Positions 26,523 to 36,635 of a stretch of 64,000 nt of DNA are shown piece after piece. The notes under the pieces are model-generated. The model was not told the DNA's origin. It was given only the letters and a program-made list of their open reading frames with translations, and did no database searches. The stretch spans positions 2,674 to 66,673 of the forward strand of contig CAIOPG010000016.1 in assembly GCA_903860135.1 (NCBI GenBank), in the 5' to 3' direction. Source of the DNA: Candidatus Omnitrophota bacterium (GTDB lineage Bacteria; Omnitrophota; Gorgyraeia; Zapsychrales; Fredricksoniimonadaceae). Position numbers and translations under genes: made by a program. Every line of letters begins with the position of its first letter. Within the stretch, counting starts at the first letter, position 1.

Positions 26523-29074
26523 AAACGCTTCTGGTACGTCATGCGGATAATATGCTCGGTCTCAAGAACAGGTGCCGTGTAGAACGACAAGGCCGGATCA
26601 GTGATCGAGGTGTTCACAAAGTACGCTGGGCCAACACCATACTCCAGCGAGAAAACATTGTCCCTGGGCGCGATATAGCGCCCTTCGAGGAAAATATTAT
26701 GATACCCTTGGTAAGAAAGGGTCTTATCCTTGTTCAGCTGGATCAAATTGTAAGCACGAGAATAAGTATACCGCGCGAAAAAGCCCAGAGATTTTGTTGG
26801 CACCAGGCTTGTCTCTGCGCCCAAATGCTGCATATTATCATCAATATTACCGGCAAAGCCATTAGGATTGCGGGTATAATCAAAATAAAGATCCCAGATA
26901 TCGGTCGGCTTAAGGTGCAGGCCTGTCTTGAAAATATTGTAATATGGATACTTCGGCTGAGAGAAAAACCCCTGGTCATAAAGCCACGGGAGATCGGTGC
27001 GGTAACGCCGGCCATCCTGAGTAAAAACACGCGTACTCATACCATCAAAAAGCCCGCGCGGGAACGTATCCTCGGCAAGCGTGGAATCATTCGTGAACTC
27101 CCAGACGCCATTGACATCCGCCCACGCTGTCAATTCATACCGGGCACCGACCGTGCGTGTTTTAAGATTACGGTCTTCCCCTCCTTTAACAATATCATTA
27201 AGAAGATAATCACCGGTATCATTGTTAACGATGAACGGGTCTTCGCCGGCCCGGCTCTTGGGAAGCGTATGCAAGACGAGAAGACCTTTGACCGTCAGCT
27301 TCTCGTCCACTTTCTTTGTTACCCCCATCCTTGCCACTGTTTCTATCTTCCTGTTATCATTGGTCGTCACATGCCGGACATCAGCCATACCGTCGAGCGT
27401 ACCATCCATAAGCTGGGTATCCCCGCGCCAGCCAACCACATTGCGGCCATAATCAAGCCCGTTGCCAATGGCGAACGCTTCCTGGTCCCCTTCAGACAAG
27501 GTAGCCACAGCTCCCGGCATATTCCGGTAGATCGATGGATAAAACGTCAAATGCCGGCTCCAGAACGAATCCTTGCGCGTCACATGATAATTGGACAGAC
27601 TAGACTCAAAATTCTTGTCCATGCGCCCTACAAACATCTTGCTTTTAAAAAAATTGACCTTATCCGAGAAAGCCCTCCGGGAAAGATAATCCGTATCCAC
27701 ACGGTAAAAAGCGCTGGAAATGGCCTCGAGCGAAAGATAATACGCCTGCCCCCGTTTCTCGGAAGCGTAATAAGAGTTAGCCACATCATTATGGCTGACG
27801 GACGTGCTTATCTGGCCAGCCACCTTAAGTTTATCAAAAGGCACAAACGCGCCATCCACACCACCGACATAATTCTCTTTGTCGAGCTTTTCATTGACAA
27901 ACCCATGGTGCATGTTGGCCGTCGCGCCAACGTAGGCTTTATCATCAAAGAAATGCTTCAGACGGGCACTGCCCGGCACCGCCGTAACCTCGTGATAATC
28001 CTGCCATAATGTTTTTGGCGTCGCCACCGTTGCCTGAAAACGCGTGTTTTCGTCAGTTTTGATATCAACAGACGCACCGCGCAACGCCGTCAAACGCGTA
28101 CCATCGCTGTCACGGGTCGCAAACGCAAACCCGCGATCCCATTTGCCGATACTGTAATCCTCGGGAAGCCCTGTGATATGATTGATCTGCCCGCCGCGCC
28201 AGTCGTGCAGCCAGGGGCTTTCTTCCCACCAGCTTCTGTTATTAGAGAGACGGATCGGTTCATCGGTCGTGAGCGCCTGATCCTGGTACGCCATCGGAAA
28301 AACCCGGAGTTTAGACGTGTCGTTAGGCTTGACATCAAACCACAATTCACGGATCGGCTGGAAGGTTTCTTTAACATCCATCGCCGGGACATCAAAACTG
28401 TCGCACATACCCCATTCATTGCAAATAGTTGAACCCATAGCGGTTGCAGGAACACGCCCATCTTTGACCTTGATCTCCGGCAGACCAAGATATCCGCCAA
28501 ACTTTAAGGTATTGACTGAATGATTAACGGTATACCCATTATTGCCCCAATATAATTGCTGAACGCGCGCCGTATCCCCCCAGCCGCTGTTCACGGTCAC
28601 AACCCCGGTCCTTCCTGTATAGCTCCAAGGATCTGCCGTGACATTCAAATGCATGGCCACAGCATTCTTAACCGCTGTGTCCACAACAACTTTAAGACGG
28701 GAATAAATAGCCGGATCATAGGTATTGGTACGGTTATTGAGGTCATCGCTCGAAAGGATGCGCCAATTGCGCTCGTTCAAGTCAGCATTGGCCCGATTAA
28801 AAACCGTCTGGCCGTCAGATTCGATCCCGAAAGAAGAACGTACCTCACCGGAAACTTTGGTTTTAATATCCAGCTTCTCATGCCCTACAACACGCCCGGG
28901 CCCCCTCGCCACTGAAAGCTCCGAAGCAACCGCCCCCTCCCGCTCCGCTAGGTCAAGAGCCGCCTGAACCATTCCCATATGCCCCACTCCTTCCACGCGG
29001 TCTTCAACCGCACCCCAAGCCGTCCCCACCAAGGAAATGCCCAAAACCATCAATATGGAAAGAAGTTTTTTCAT
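26519..29074 (-). CDS. large outer-membrane beta-barrel protein (function unknown; possible substrate channel)
   Basis: Signal peptide MKKLLSILMVLGISLVGTAWG. Alternating aromatic beta-strand pattern. C-terminal ...TYQKRF (terminal Phe). 851 aa. Co-directional with aguB and aguA. Confidence 0.5.
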   Translation of the reverse strand: MKKLLSILMVLGISLVGTAWGAVEDRVEGVGHMGMVQAALDLAEREGAVASELSVARGPGRVVGHEKLDIKTKVSGEVRSSFGIESDGQTVFNRANADLNERNWRILSSDDLNNRTNTYDPAIYSRLKVVVDTAVKNAVAMHLNVTADPWSYTGRTGVVTVNSGWGDTARVQQLYWGNNGYTVNHSVNTLKFGGYLGLPEIKVKDGRVPATAMGSTICNEWGMCDSFDVPAMDVKETFQPIRELWFDVKPNDTSKLRVFPMAYQDQALTTDEPIRLSNNRSWWEESPWLHDWRGGQINHITGLPEDYSIGKWDRGFAFATRDSDGTRLTALRGASVDIKTDENTRFQATVATPKTLWQDYHEVTAVPGSARLKHFFDDKAYVGATANMHHGFVNEKLDKENYVGGVDGAFVPFDKLKVAGQISTSVSHNDVANSYYASEKRGQAYYLSLEAISSAFYRVDTDYLSRRAFSDKVNFFKSKMFVGRMDKNFESSLSNYHVTRKDSFWSRHLTFYPSIYRNMPGAVATLSEGDQEAFAIGNGLDYGRNVVGWRGDTQLMDGTLDGMADVRHVTTNDNRKIETVARMGVTKKVDEKLTVKGLLVLHTLPKSRAGEDPFIVNNDTGDYLLNDIVKGGEDRNLKTRTVGARYELTAWADVNGVWEFTNDSTLAEDTFPRGLFDGMSTRVFTQDGRRYRTDLPWLYDQGFFSQPKYPYYNIFKTGLHLKPTDIWDLYFDYTRNPNGFAGNIDDNMQHLGAETSLVPTKSLGFFARYTYSRAYNLIQLNKDKTLSYQGYHNIFLEGRYIAPRDNVFSLEYGVGPAYFVNTSITDPALSFYTAPVLETEHIIRMTYQKRF

Positions 29075-29294
29075 GATATTTTTCCCTTTTATTTCCTTAA
29101 ATATAACTTATATAGATATAAAAATCAATCGTTTTCCGAAGGCGATCGATCGTAAATCGTCTGTTCGCGCATCATATAATCGATAAATGTTTCCCCAATC
29201 CCCAGCCATTGTTTTTTTCTACTTGTCCATCGGCTAAATACAGTTTATACTTAGTCAAGGTGGTGTGTGATTCTACAATAAAAATAGACGATAG

Positions 29295-30116
29295 GTGAAC
29301 GGATCAATGATCAAGATACTTGTGATCGATGATGAAATCGGAATTTGTGATATCATAGCCAGAACATTTTCCGGTATTGGGTTTAACGTGTCTGCCGCAA
29401 CTTCCGCTGAAAGGGCGCGTGCCCTGTTTCGCAAAGCCAAACCGCGTATTGTGTTCCTTGATCTTGTGGTGGGTGCCGTTGACGGGCTTGATCTTCTCAA
29501 TGAATTCAAAAAAGAAGATCCGGAATTGATTGTTATTGTGGTCACTGCCAGGGGTGAGCCAATGGCGCGGACAGAAGCACTCCAACGCGGGGCGGATGAA
29601 TATATTACCAAGCCTTTTAACCGGCATTACCTGCGGGATATTGTGACGTCCAAGATCAAAGGCGTGCTTGATCGAAGGGATACTGTAACCCGCCCCAAAA
29701 TACTACTGGTAGATGATGAGTCGCGCTTACGCGCAGGGCTTAGGCATTATATCGAACCGCGTTTTGATGCCGATATACTCGAGGCCGGGGATATCCCGGA
29801 GGCACTTGAAAAAATCCGGGAGAATCGCCCGGATGTGATATTCCTTGATATTAAACTGCCGGGTCTAAGCGGCATTGATGCCATTGGCATAATCAAAAAT
29901 TTAAACCCGTCATCCAGGATCGTGATCGTAAGTGCCTGGCAAAGTGCCGAAGTTGTAAGCCGGGCACTTGCGCTGGGGGTTGACGATTATCTTGGCAAAC
30001 CCGTCTCACTGCCAGTGCTCGGTGAAAAACTCAAAGATCTTCTTTCAAACAGTGGCAAGCTGATCGAAAAAAAGGTTGATCGAGACATGGAAAACACCTA
30101 CGCCCATTCTTCATGA
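29295..30116 (+). CDS. tandem-receiver (REC-REC) response regulator without an output domain
   Basis: Two receiver domains (ILVIDDE...FLDLVVG...K and ILLVDDE...FLDIKLPGLSG...K). Confidence 0.8.
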   Translation: MNGSMIKILVIDDEIGICDIIARTFSGIGFNVSAATSAERARALFRKAKPRIVFLDLVVGAVDGLDLLNEFKKEDPELIVIVVTARGEPMARTEALQRGADEYITKPFNRHYLRDIVTSKIKGVLDRRDTVTRPKILLVDDESRLRAGLRHYIEPRFDADILEAGDIPEALEKIRENRPDVIFLDIKLPGLSGIDAIGIIKNLNPSSRIVIVSAWQSAEVVSRALALGVDDYLGKPVSLPVLGEKLKDLLSNSGKLIEKKVDRDMENTYAHSS

Positions 30117-32009
30117 TCACTTCTTCAAGGCTTCAAGTTCTTCCCAACGGCGATAGATTTCAAGGATTTCAAAGGCAAGGGCGGCAGAACCAGCTGTGAC
30201 GCGGGTGATTTCCTGCTGGTCTTTCTTATAGAATTCAACATCAGCGAGCAAGGCGCACAAGGTAGCCTGTTCCGCTTCAAGTTTTTCGATCTTTCTGGGA
30301 ATATTTTCTAGTTCCTTGCTGTCTTTAGAGGAAAGCTTTGAAACCGTGCGTGGCTTCTCCACGACTGCCACCTTGGGAGCCTCTGGTCGTTCATTCTTGG
30401 ACGGCGTAACACCCGGCCGACGCTGGTTAAGCCAGTCATCATACCCGCCCGGATATTCATTAACCTCTCCACCACCTTCAAGCACGATCGTCGATGTCAC
30501 AACATTGTTAAGGAACGAACGGTCATGGCTAACAAGGATCAGCGTTCCCTCATAGGCCACAAGGATCTGCTCAAGCAATTCCAGCGTTTCCATATCAAGG
30601 TCATTGGTCGGCTCATCCATAACCAGCAAATTCGCTGGGCGCGTGAAAAGCCTGGCCAACAGCAGGCGATTGCGCTCCCCGCCGGAAAGCACCTTGACGG
30701 GTGTCCGTGCACGGTCGGGAGAAAAAAGAAAATCTTCAAGATAGCCAATGATATGCCGCGGCTTGCCATTGATAACGACCGTTTCGCACTGCCCGGCGAT
30801 ATTTTCCATGACCGTTTTATTCTCGTCGATGGCTTCGCGCATCTGGTCAAAGTAGGCCACCTGCAGGTCGGTTCCGAGGCGGATCGTCCCCTTCGACGGC
30901 TCCTGCTTGCCGATCAAAATGCGCAGCAAGGTGCTCTTGCCTGACCCGTTGGGACCGATAACGCCAATCTTGTCACCACGCATGATGTTCGTTGAAAAAT
31001 CCCTGATCAGGCACAATGCATCATACGTCTGCCCCAGGCGCGACGCCTTGATGACCAGGTGCCCCGATTCATCGGTTTCCTGCAGGCGAAACTTGACCTG
31101 GCCTTCGCGTGACCGCCGCGCCTGACGGACCACGCGCATTTCTTCGAGCGCCTTCACACGGCCCTCATTACGGCACCGACGCGCCTCGACGCCCCGGCGG
31201 ATCCAAACTTCTTCCCCACCCAACTTTTTATCGAAACGCTCTTGAGAGACGGTTTCCATGCGCAAGGCCAATTCCTTACGTTCCAGGAAGGTCCGGTAAT
31301 CACACGACCAGCTCATCAGATGGCCGCGATCCAGTTCAATGATGCGGTTGGCCACGTGCTCCATGAACATCCGGTCATGCGTCACAAAAAACACAGTGCC
31401 GGGATATTTTCGTAAAAACCCTTCCAACCATTCAATCGAATCGATATCCAGGTGATTGGTCGGCTCGTCGAGCAAAAGCACATCCGGCTTAAGGACCAAC
31501 GCCCGCGCCATGAGCACACGGCGTTTCTGCCCGCCGGACAAACAAGCGAAGTCTATCGACAGGTCGATCTTCATCTTGGCGATGACATCCTCGATCTGAT
31601 GATCGAGTTCCCAGCTGTTAGTACGGTCCAGCTCGGCCTGCAACGCATCGAGCCGGCTCATGAGCTCCGGCGTGTATTCCGTATGCAGGCGGTTGCTGAC
31701 ATGGTGATAATCACTGAGCAGGGTCGCCCGCGGGCCAAGGCCCGACGCAACAATATCAAATACATCCCCGCTCAAATCGCGCGGCACTTCCTGGGCTAGA
31801 AAAGCAATGCTAATGCCCTTTTGATGCACAACCTGGCCGTTATCCACGCCAAGTTCACGGGCCATGACTTTCATAAGCGTGCTCTTGCCTGTGCCGTTAC
31901 GGCCCAGCAACGCGGTACGTTCGCCGGATTCTATCTGAAGGGAAAGTTTGTCGAAAAGTTTTGGCCCGCCAAAAGCGAGGGAAATTTCCTGAAGACCGAT
32001 CAATGCCAT
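30117..32009 (-). CDS. ABC-F family ATPase (Uup/YheS-like, two ABC domains plus C-terminal coiled coil)
   Basis: Two Walker A (GRNGTGKST, GPNGSGKST) and two LSGGQ/LSGGE signatures. No TM domain. Confidence 0.85.
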   Translation of the reverse strand: MALIGLQEISLAFGGPKLFDKLSLQIESGERTALLGRNGTGKSTLMKVMARELGVDNGQVVHQKGISIAFLAQEVPRDLSGDVFDIVASGLGPRATLLSDYHHVSNRLHTEYTPELMSRLDALQAELDRTNSWELDHQIEDVIAKMKIDLSIDFACLSGGQKRRVLMARALVLKPDVLLLDEPTNHLDIDSIEWLEGFLRKYPGTVFFVTHDRMFMEHVANRIIELDRGHLMSWSCDYRTFLERKELALRMETVSQERFDKKLGGEEVWIRRGVEARRCRNEGRVKALEEMRVVRQARRSREGQVKFRLQETDESGHLVIKASRLGQTYDALCLIRDFSTNIMRGDKIGVIGPNGSGKSTLLRILIGKQEPSKGTIRLGTDLQVAYFDQMREAIDENKTVMENIAGQCETVVINGKPRHIIGYLEDFLFSPDRARTPVKVLSGGERNRLLLARLFTRPANLLVMDEPTNDLDMETLELLEQILVAYEGTLILVSHDRSFLNNVVTSTIVLEGGGEVNEYPGGYDDWLNQRRPGVTPSKNERPEAPKVAVVEKPRTVSKLSSKDSKELENIPRKIEKLEAEQATLCALLADVEFYKKDQQEITRVTAGSAALAFEILEIYRRWEELEALKK

Positions 32010-32071
32010 AATGACTGTAACATCCTGCCGTACAATAAATGTTTAACGCCCCGCGCGCTCGCCGCCAATGA

Positions 32072-33013
32072 TCATAATCTGGCCAATACCGCGGTCAAGC
32101 AGCTTTCAGCCATGAACCCACTGCCTTCAAAATCCGTATCCTGCCCCAGGCATTGGATATCATTCACCTTGCGCCCTTTGGCCGCTGTTTTAATAATGCT
32201 CTGCAAATGTGAATGGATCATTTCGCTATGATTGGTCGCCACAAACAGAACCCCATCCGGCTCAAGCAGTTTGATGCACAAGGCAACCACCTGCGGCAAG
32301 TCTTTCTTAACGACAAATGTCTTGCCTTCAAAACGCGCAAAAGACGGCGGATCAAGGATGATCATATTAAACCGGTTGTCTTTCTTGACGCCGCGCTCCA
32401 AATATTCCACAGCATCGGCACGGATAAACTCGTTCTTCTCCGGCAAGACCCCATTCAACTCATAGTTCACCCTGGCCCGGTCAAGTGCCTTGCGGCTCAC
32501 ATCCACATTCACAACCGACGCCGCGCCCTGCTTGCGGCAATGCAGCCCGAACGCGCAGGTATACGCAAAAAGATTCAGGACCTTCCGCGCCTTGGCCAGA
32601 CTGGCCACACGCCGGCGATTGGCGCGCATATCCAGAAAAAGACCAGTGTTGAGCGTATCCTTCATATCCACGCTGAATTTGACCCCATGCTCCTCGACCA
32701 TCGTCGATGACAACCCGTCGATCCACACACGTGTCAGCAGGTCTTCCGCCCGCGAAGATGCCGATTGAGTCCGATCCTTGATAACAAAATACTTCGCGCC
32801 GAGACCTCGGACAAAATGAACCAGTGCCTCTTGCTCGTCAAGCCAGCGCTCTTCAAATACCTGGGCCACAAAATGCTGATCATGCTGTTCGAGCACAAGA
32901 CCGTCGAGTCCGTCGCCGTAACCGTTCACAATGCGAATGGCATTGGTGAACGCACGCAGATTTTCACGTTTAACCCATGCGGCCTGCAGTAATCCCGACA
33001 GCGGGGTATCCAC
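32072..33013 (-). CDS. class I SAM-dependent (rRNA) methyltransferase, RlmI/RlmK-like
   Basis: VLNLFAYTCAFGL...VVNVDVS SAM-binding motif and ILDPP motif IV. Confidence 0.65.
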   Translation of the reverse strand: MDTPLSGLLQAAWVKRENLRAFTNAIRIVNGYGDGLDGLVLEQHDQHFVAQVFEERWLDEQEALVHFVRGLGAKYFVIKDRTQSASSRAEDLLTRVWIDGLSSTMVEEHGVKFSVDMKDTLNTGLFLDMRANRRRVASLAKARKVLNLFAYTCAFGLHCRKQGAASVVNVDVSRKALDRARVNYELNGVLPEKNEFIRADAVEYLERGVKKDNRFNMIILDPPSFARFEGKTFVVKKDLPQVVALCIKLLEPDGVLFVATNHSEMIHSHLQSIIKTAAKGRKVNDIQCLGQDTDFEGSGFMAESCLTAVLARL

Positions 33014-33015
33014 GG

Positions 33016-34011
33016 TCAGACCCCGATCTGGTCAAGCATGGCTTTATTGGTTGGAAATTTGGAGAGGCGCTCGGTCAGCGATTGCATCGCTTCAACCGCA
33101 TTGAGATCTGCCAGCGCGCGGCGCAACATCTGGACTTTTTTATGTTCGGGTGCCGGGAGCAGGAGCTCCTCACGGCGCGTGCCACTTTTGGCAATATTGA
33201 TCGCGGGAAAAATACGGCGCTGGGATATCTCACGCGCCAGCACGACTTCCATATTGCCAGTCCCCTTGAATTCCTCAAAAATAACCTCATCCATACGGCT
33301 TCCGGTCTCGATCAGGATAGTCGCCAGAATCGACAGCGATCCGCCGTTCTCGATCTTGCGGGCCGCGCCGAAAATGCGCCGCGGCACTTCCATGGCCCTT
33401 GCATCCAAGCCACCAGAGATCGTCCGCCCGCCACCACGGCGTTCGGCATTGTGCACGCGCGCCAGACGGGTCAATGAATCGATGAGAACCATAACATTTT
33501 CACCAGCTCCGGCTTCACGGATCGCCTGACGCATCAACGCATCAGCCGTGGCCACATGATGCTCATATTGCTGATCAGTCGATGAAGCCCGGACATCGGC
33601 CGCAACACTGCGCTTGAAATCCGTAACCTCCTCGGGGCGCTCGTCGATCAAAAGGCAATAAAGCTTCATCGTGGGACATGCCTTGGCAACGGCTTGACAA
33701 ATGTGCTTGAGGAAGGTGGTCTTGCCCGAACCCGGAGGCGCCACAATAAGGCCGCGCTGACCCATACCGATCGGACAAATGATATCCATGGCGCGCATGG
33801 TCAACTCACTGCTACCATCTTCAAGACGGATACGCGGCGAAGGATCCACAGGTGTGCCCGTAAAGAACTTGCGCTCCCCTTCATCAACCGATAAGCGCGG
33901 TGAGATCGGACGAATGGAAGTGACTGAACGCGAGCCTGGTTGCCGCGGACCTGATGGCCGCGGACCCCGGTTACCCGGGTGTGTACGTTTATTATCAGTA
34001 ATTTTTTTCAT
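33016..34011 (-). CDS. rho: transcription termination factor Rho (ATPase domain intact, N-terminal OB domain absent and replaced by an RG-rich segment)
   Basis: RIRLEDGSSELTMRAMDIICPIGMGQRGLIVAPPGSGKT aligns with the Rho linker/P-loop. Q- and R-loop regions present. Only ~55 residues precede it, versus ~135 in canonical Rho. Confidence 0.75.
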   Translation of the reverse strand: MKKITDNKRTHPGNRGPRPSGPRQPGSRSVTSIRPISPRLSVDEGERKFFTGTPVDPSPRIRLEDGSSELTMRAMDIICPIGMGQRGLIVAPPGSGKTTFLKHICQAVAKACPTMKLYCLLIDERPEEVTDFKRSVAADVRASSTDQQYEHHVATADALMRQAIREAGAGENVMVLIDSLTRLARVHNAERRGGGRTISGGLDARAMEVPRRIFGAARKIENGGSLSILATILIETGSRMDEVIFEEFKGTGNMEVVLAREISQRRIFPAINIAKSGTRREELLLPAPEHKKVQMLRRALADLNAVEAMQSLTERLSKFPTNKAMLDQIGV

Positions 34012-34226
34012 GGATAATGTCTTGGGGGTTTAATCCGCATTTTTCTTAAAAAGAGATCATGCGGGTTGAATCTGGGCCTTTTCTTAACGATGCCATTGTG
34101 GAAGGCCAGTTGAAATAACAACGCAAATTTTTGTGCCAACGGTGAAAGACCGGTAAAGCACAATCCAGATTTAACCATGCGCCAGATTCGATATTTTATA
34201 TGGAAGGGACGACACAGTCAAGAAAA

Positions 34227-34270
34227 TATAAGAAAGCCCTTCAACTTATTGGCTGAAGGGCTTTCTTATA
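34227..34270. terminator. strong hairpin downstream of the csp gene (likely intrinsic terminator)
   Basis: TATAAGAAAGCCCTTCA-acttattggc-TGAAGGGCTTTCTTATA, a 17-bp perfect stem with T-rich flanks. Confidence 0.6.
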
Positions 34271-34285
34271 GAACTTTTAAAGCTA

Positions 34286-34486
34286 TTACAGCTTCACGAC
34301 GTTCTTGGCTTGCTCGCCTTTTGGACCCTGGGCGATTTCAAACTCGACCGCCTGGCCGTCGCTCAGCGTTCTGTGGCCTTCACCCTGAATTTCGCTGTGA
34401 TGTACGAATACATCTTTGCCAGACTCTGGTGTAATAAAGCCAAACCCCTTTTTGTCGTCGAACCACTTCACTTTACCTTTGACCAT
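34286..34486 (-). CDS. cspA: cold-shock protein (CspA family)
   Basis: [12 protein letters not shown] (RNP1) and VFVHH (RNP2). 66 aa. Confidence 0.9.
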   Translation of the reverse strand: MVKGKVKWFDDKKGFGFITPESGKDVFVHHSEIQGEGHRTLSDGQAVEFEIAQGPKGEQAKNVVKL

Positions 34487-34632
34487 GAAACCTTCTCCTT
34501 GTTATTGAATTTGAGCAAATACTGGCGGATCCAACAAGAAACCACTACGGTCTAAGATCACTTCACCAATTTGCTCAGGCTCAAGTATGCCCCAATATAA
34601 TTTATTTGTCAAGCAGTGTTTTCAACAAAAAT

Positions 34633-35538
34633 TTATTTCAACGGATCGCGGACATCGGCTGAAAATTGGGTCAACAGGTCCGCGCGCGACCTCGTCGGAA
34701 GAACAACAATATCCACATCGGCCGAAAGGATCTGCCGGGCTTCAAGGATTTCAAAAAGAGTTTCCGCGACCTCTTTATCCGCCGCCACACGCTGAAGTTC
34801 GGCACCCACGATCTGGGAACGGATAGCTGCCGCGCGCGCAAATTCGGTGGCCGCATCCTTTTCAGCGGTACTGCTGATGATGTTGACCGTATTGGCACCA
34901 TCCTGGCGAATAGCCGATGTGACCTGGCGCAAGCGGTTAACCACCTTCTCTTCGATCTGCTTGACCATGCCCACATCACGGAAATGAACCTTGCGGATAT
35001 AGACCGACCCCAACCCATAACCCCACTCATTGGAAAGCGGCGACACTTCTTCACGCACCGTCAGGCTCATCGCATGGCGGTTGTCAAGCATATTGGCAAG
35101 CTTCATATTGCTCAGACAGCGCACCGTGGCACTGCTGACATTAGCGCGCAGGGAACCGCGCGGGTCAAGGTTACGGAACACATGCGCCACAGGATCCGTA
35201 ATGTACATCTCGTACCAGACGCCAATGCCCATCGGCGCGCCTTCTTCAGAATTAACAGGATTACTACGGATGTATTCTTGATCAAGGCGGGTATCGCGGA
35301 TATGGCACTGCCCGAAAATATTAACAATGACGGCACTGGCCCCCAGTTCCAGCCAAAGAAAATGCAGACCCGGCTCACGGACAACACCAATAACCGTGCC
35401 AAAAAGGACATAAACACGCGCCTCGTTCTCGTTGACCACCGCAAAAACACCCAGAGAATACAAAACACCGAGAATGACCGGCTCAAGGATAAAACACGCC
35501 ACAACAACAAACGGGACAATAAATAATGGCTCTATCAT
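34633..35538 (-). CDS. SPFH/band-7 (stomatin-like) membrane protein
   Basis: N-terminal TM followed by an SPFH domain pattern. Confidence 0.7.
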   Translation of the reverse strand: MIEPLFIVPFVVVACFILEPVILGVLYSLGVFAVVNENEARVYVLFGTVIGVVREPGLHFLWLELGASAVIVNIFGQCHIRDTRLDQEYIRSNPVNSEEGAPMGIGVWYEMYITDPVAHVFRNLDPRGSLRANVSSATVRCLSNMKLANMLDNRHAMSLTVREEVSPLSNEWGYGLGSVYIRKVHFRDVGMVKQIEEKVVNRLRQVTSAIRQDGANTVNIISSTAEKDAATEFARAAAIRSQIVGAELQRVAADKEVAETLFEILEARQILSADVDIVVLPTRSRADLLTQFSADVRDPLK

Positions 35539-36572
35539 CTGTCAGCCTCCACAATAACTCTCCGGGCCTTGCTGAAGAGTTGCAGTTTATAGTTGCGCAA
35601 ATAAAGGCGCATGGCTTCGGTGCCGCTCGCCTTGAGGATCGCCAACTGCTCGGACAACTGCCTGATGAGCTGAACCTCGGCCTGAGCCTTCAGCGTCTCG
35701 ATCTCGACCGCTTTCTTGGACTGCACGATCTTCTGGTCGGCCCCGGCCTGCGACAGGCTGATCTCCGAAGAAACCTGGTTGTGGGCGGTATTGATGGCGG
35801 CAAGAGCAGATTCCACATCAAGCGGCGGATCGATCTCGGTGATCAGCGCCGTCTCAAACGTGATCCCGTAACGTGCCCCGGAAGCCACGCACTCTTTTTC
35901 CATATGGGCATTGAGATTGCTGAGATTTTTCCGGAGGTCATTGATCGATATGCCGGAAATATGGCTCGAGGAAACAGGCACCTCATGCCCGGGCTCTCCG
36001 ATCTTGGCCACCGGCGCTTCGAACTTGGCAATGCGTTCCCTGAGAACAGAAACAAAATACCCCATGACATGCGAAATTGGTTTGCGCACACCAAAAAGAT
36101 AGGCGTAAAGATTCTTTTCATCGACCTTATAACGGATCTGGCCCTTAAGGCCAGTATTCAACTGATCCTTGGTCACCGCCTCGAGCGCAGTGCCTCGGTC
36201 ATTGGCCAGCGAACTGTCAGGGTCAAAGGCGATGCTCGCCGTCTGGGTCGCAATAGACACCTTAAAGACTTGCTGCCACGGGAACTTGAAATAAAGGCCT
36301 GGATCCGTCACCTCAAGGAGCGGATAACGGTAGCGCGCCTTCTCTTCAGGATCAAGCACCGCCGACATCGGATCATCCGCGGTGGTCTTATCCCCGAACC
36401 GTGGTGCCCGGCCGAACGTCGTCACGATCGCCCGCTCGTTCTGGTCAACGGTATAGATCCCGGTGAACAGGCAACGCAATACAAACCATATCCAGATACC
36501 CAACACGATCGCTCCTACCATACGCCTCCTCCGATTTAAAGTTCCGCCGAAGAATTTCGTCCAGTCTAACAA
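35535..36572 (-). CDS. SPFH/band-7 family protein, second of an adjacent pair
   Basis: TM helix and SPFH-like domain with a C-terminal coiled coil. 4-nt overlap with the downstream SPFH gene. Confidence 0.65.
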   Translation of the reverse strand: MLDWTKFFGGTLNRRRRMVGAIVLGIWIWFVLRCLFTGIYTVDQNERAIVTTFGRAPRFGDKTTADDPMSAVLDPEEKARYRYPLLEVTDPGLYFKFPWQQVFKVSIATQTASIAFDPDSSLANDRGTALEAVTKDQLNTGLKGQIRYKVDEKNLYAYLFGVRKPISHVMGYFVSVLRERIAKFEAPVAKIGEPGHEVPVSSSHISGISINDLRKNLSNLNAHMEKECVASGARYGITFETALITEIDPPLDVESALAAINTAHNQVSSEISLSQAGADQKIVQSKKAVEIETLKAQAEVQLIRQLSEQLAILKASGTEAMRLYLRNYKLQLFSKARRVIVEADR

Positions 36573-36635
36573 TATTTGCCCGATAGGGCAAACAGATGTT
36601 ATGAATCAATAGATATTGCTACTCTCATCATGTGT

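Noticed and set aside
33779-34033. Possibility that the missing Rho N-terminal domain is encoded in the 274-bp leader
   Set aside because: All three minus-strand frames of 34012-34285 were inspected. Only a 43-aa hydrophobic ORF with no cold-shock or OB character is present. The region looks like a long regulatory leader plus the csp terminator.
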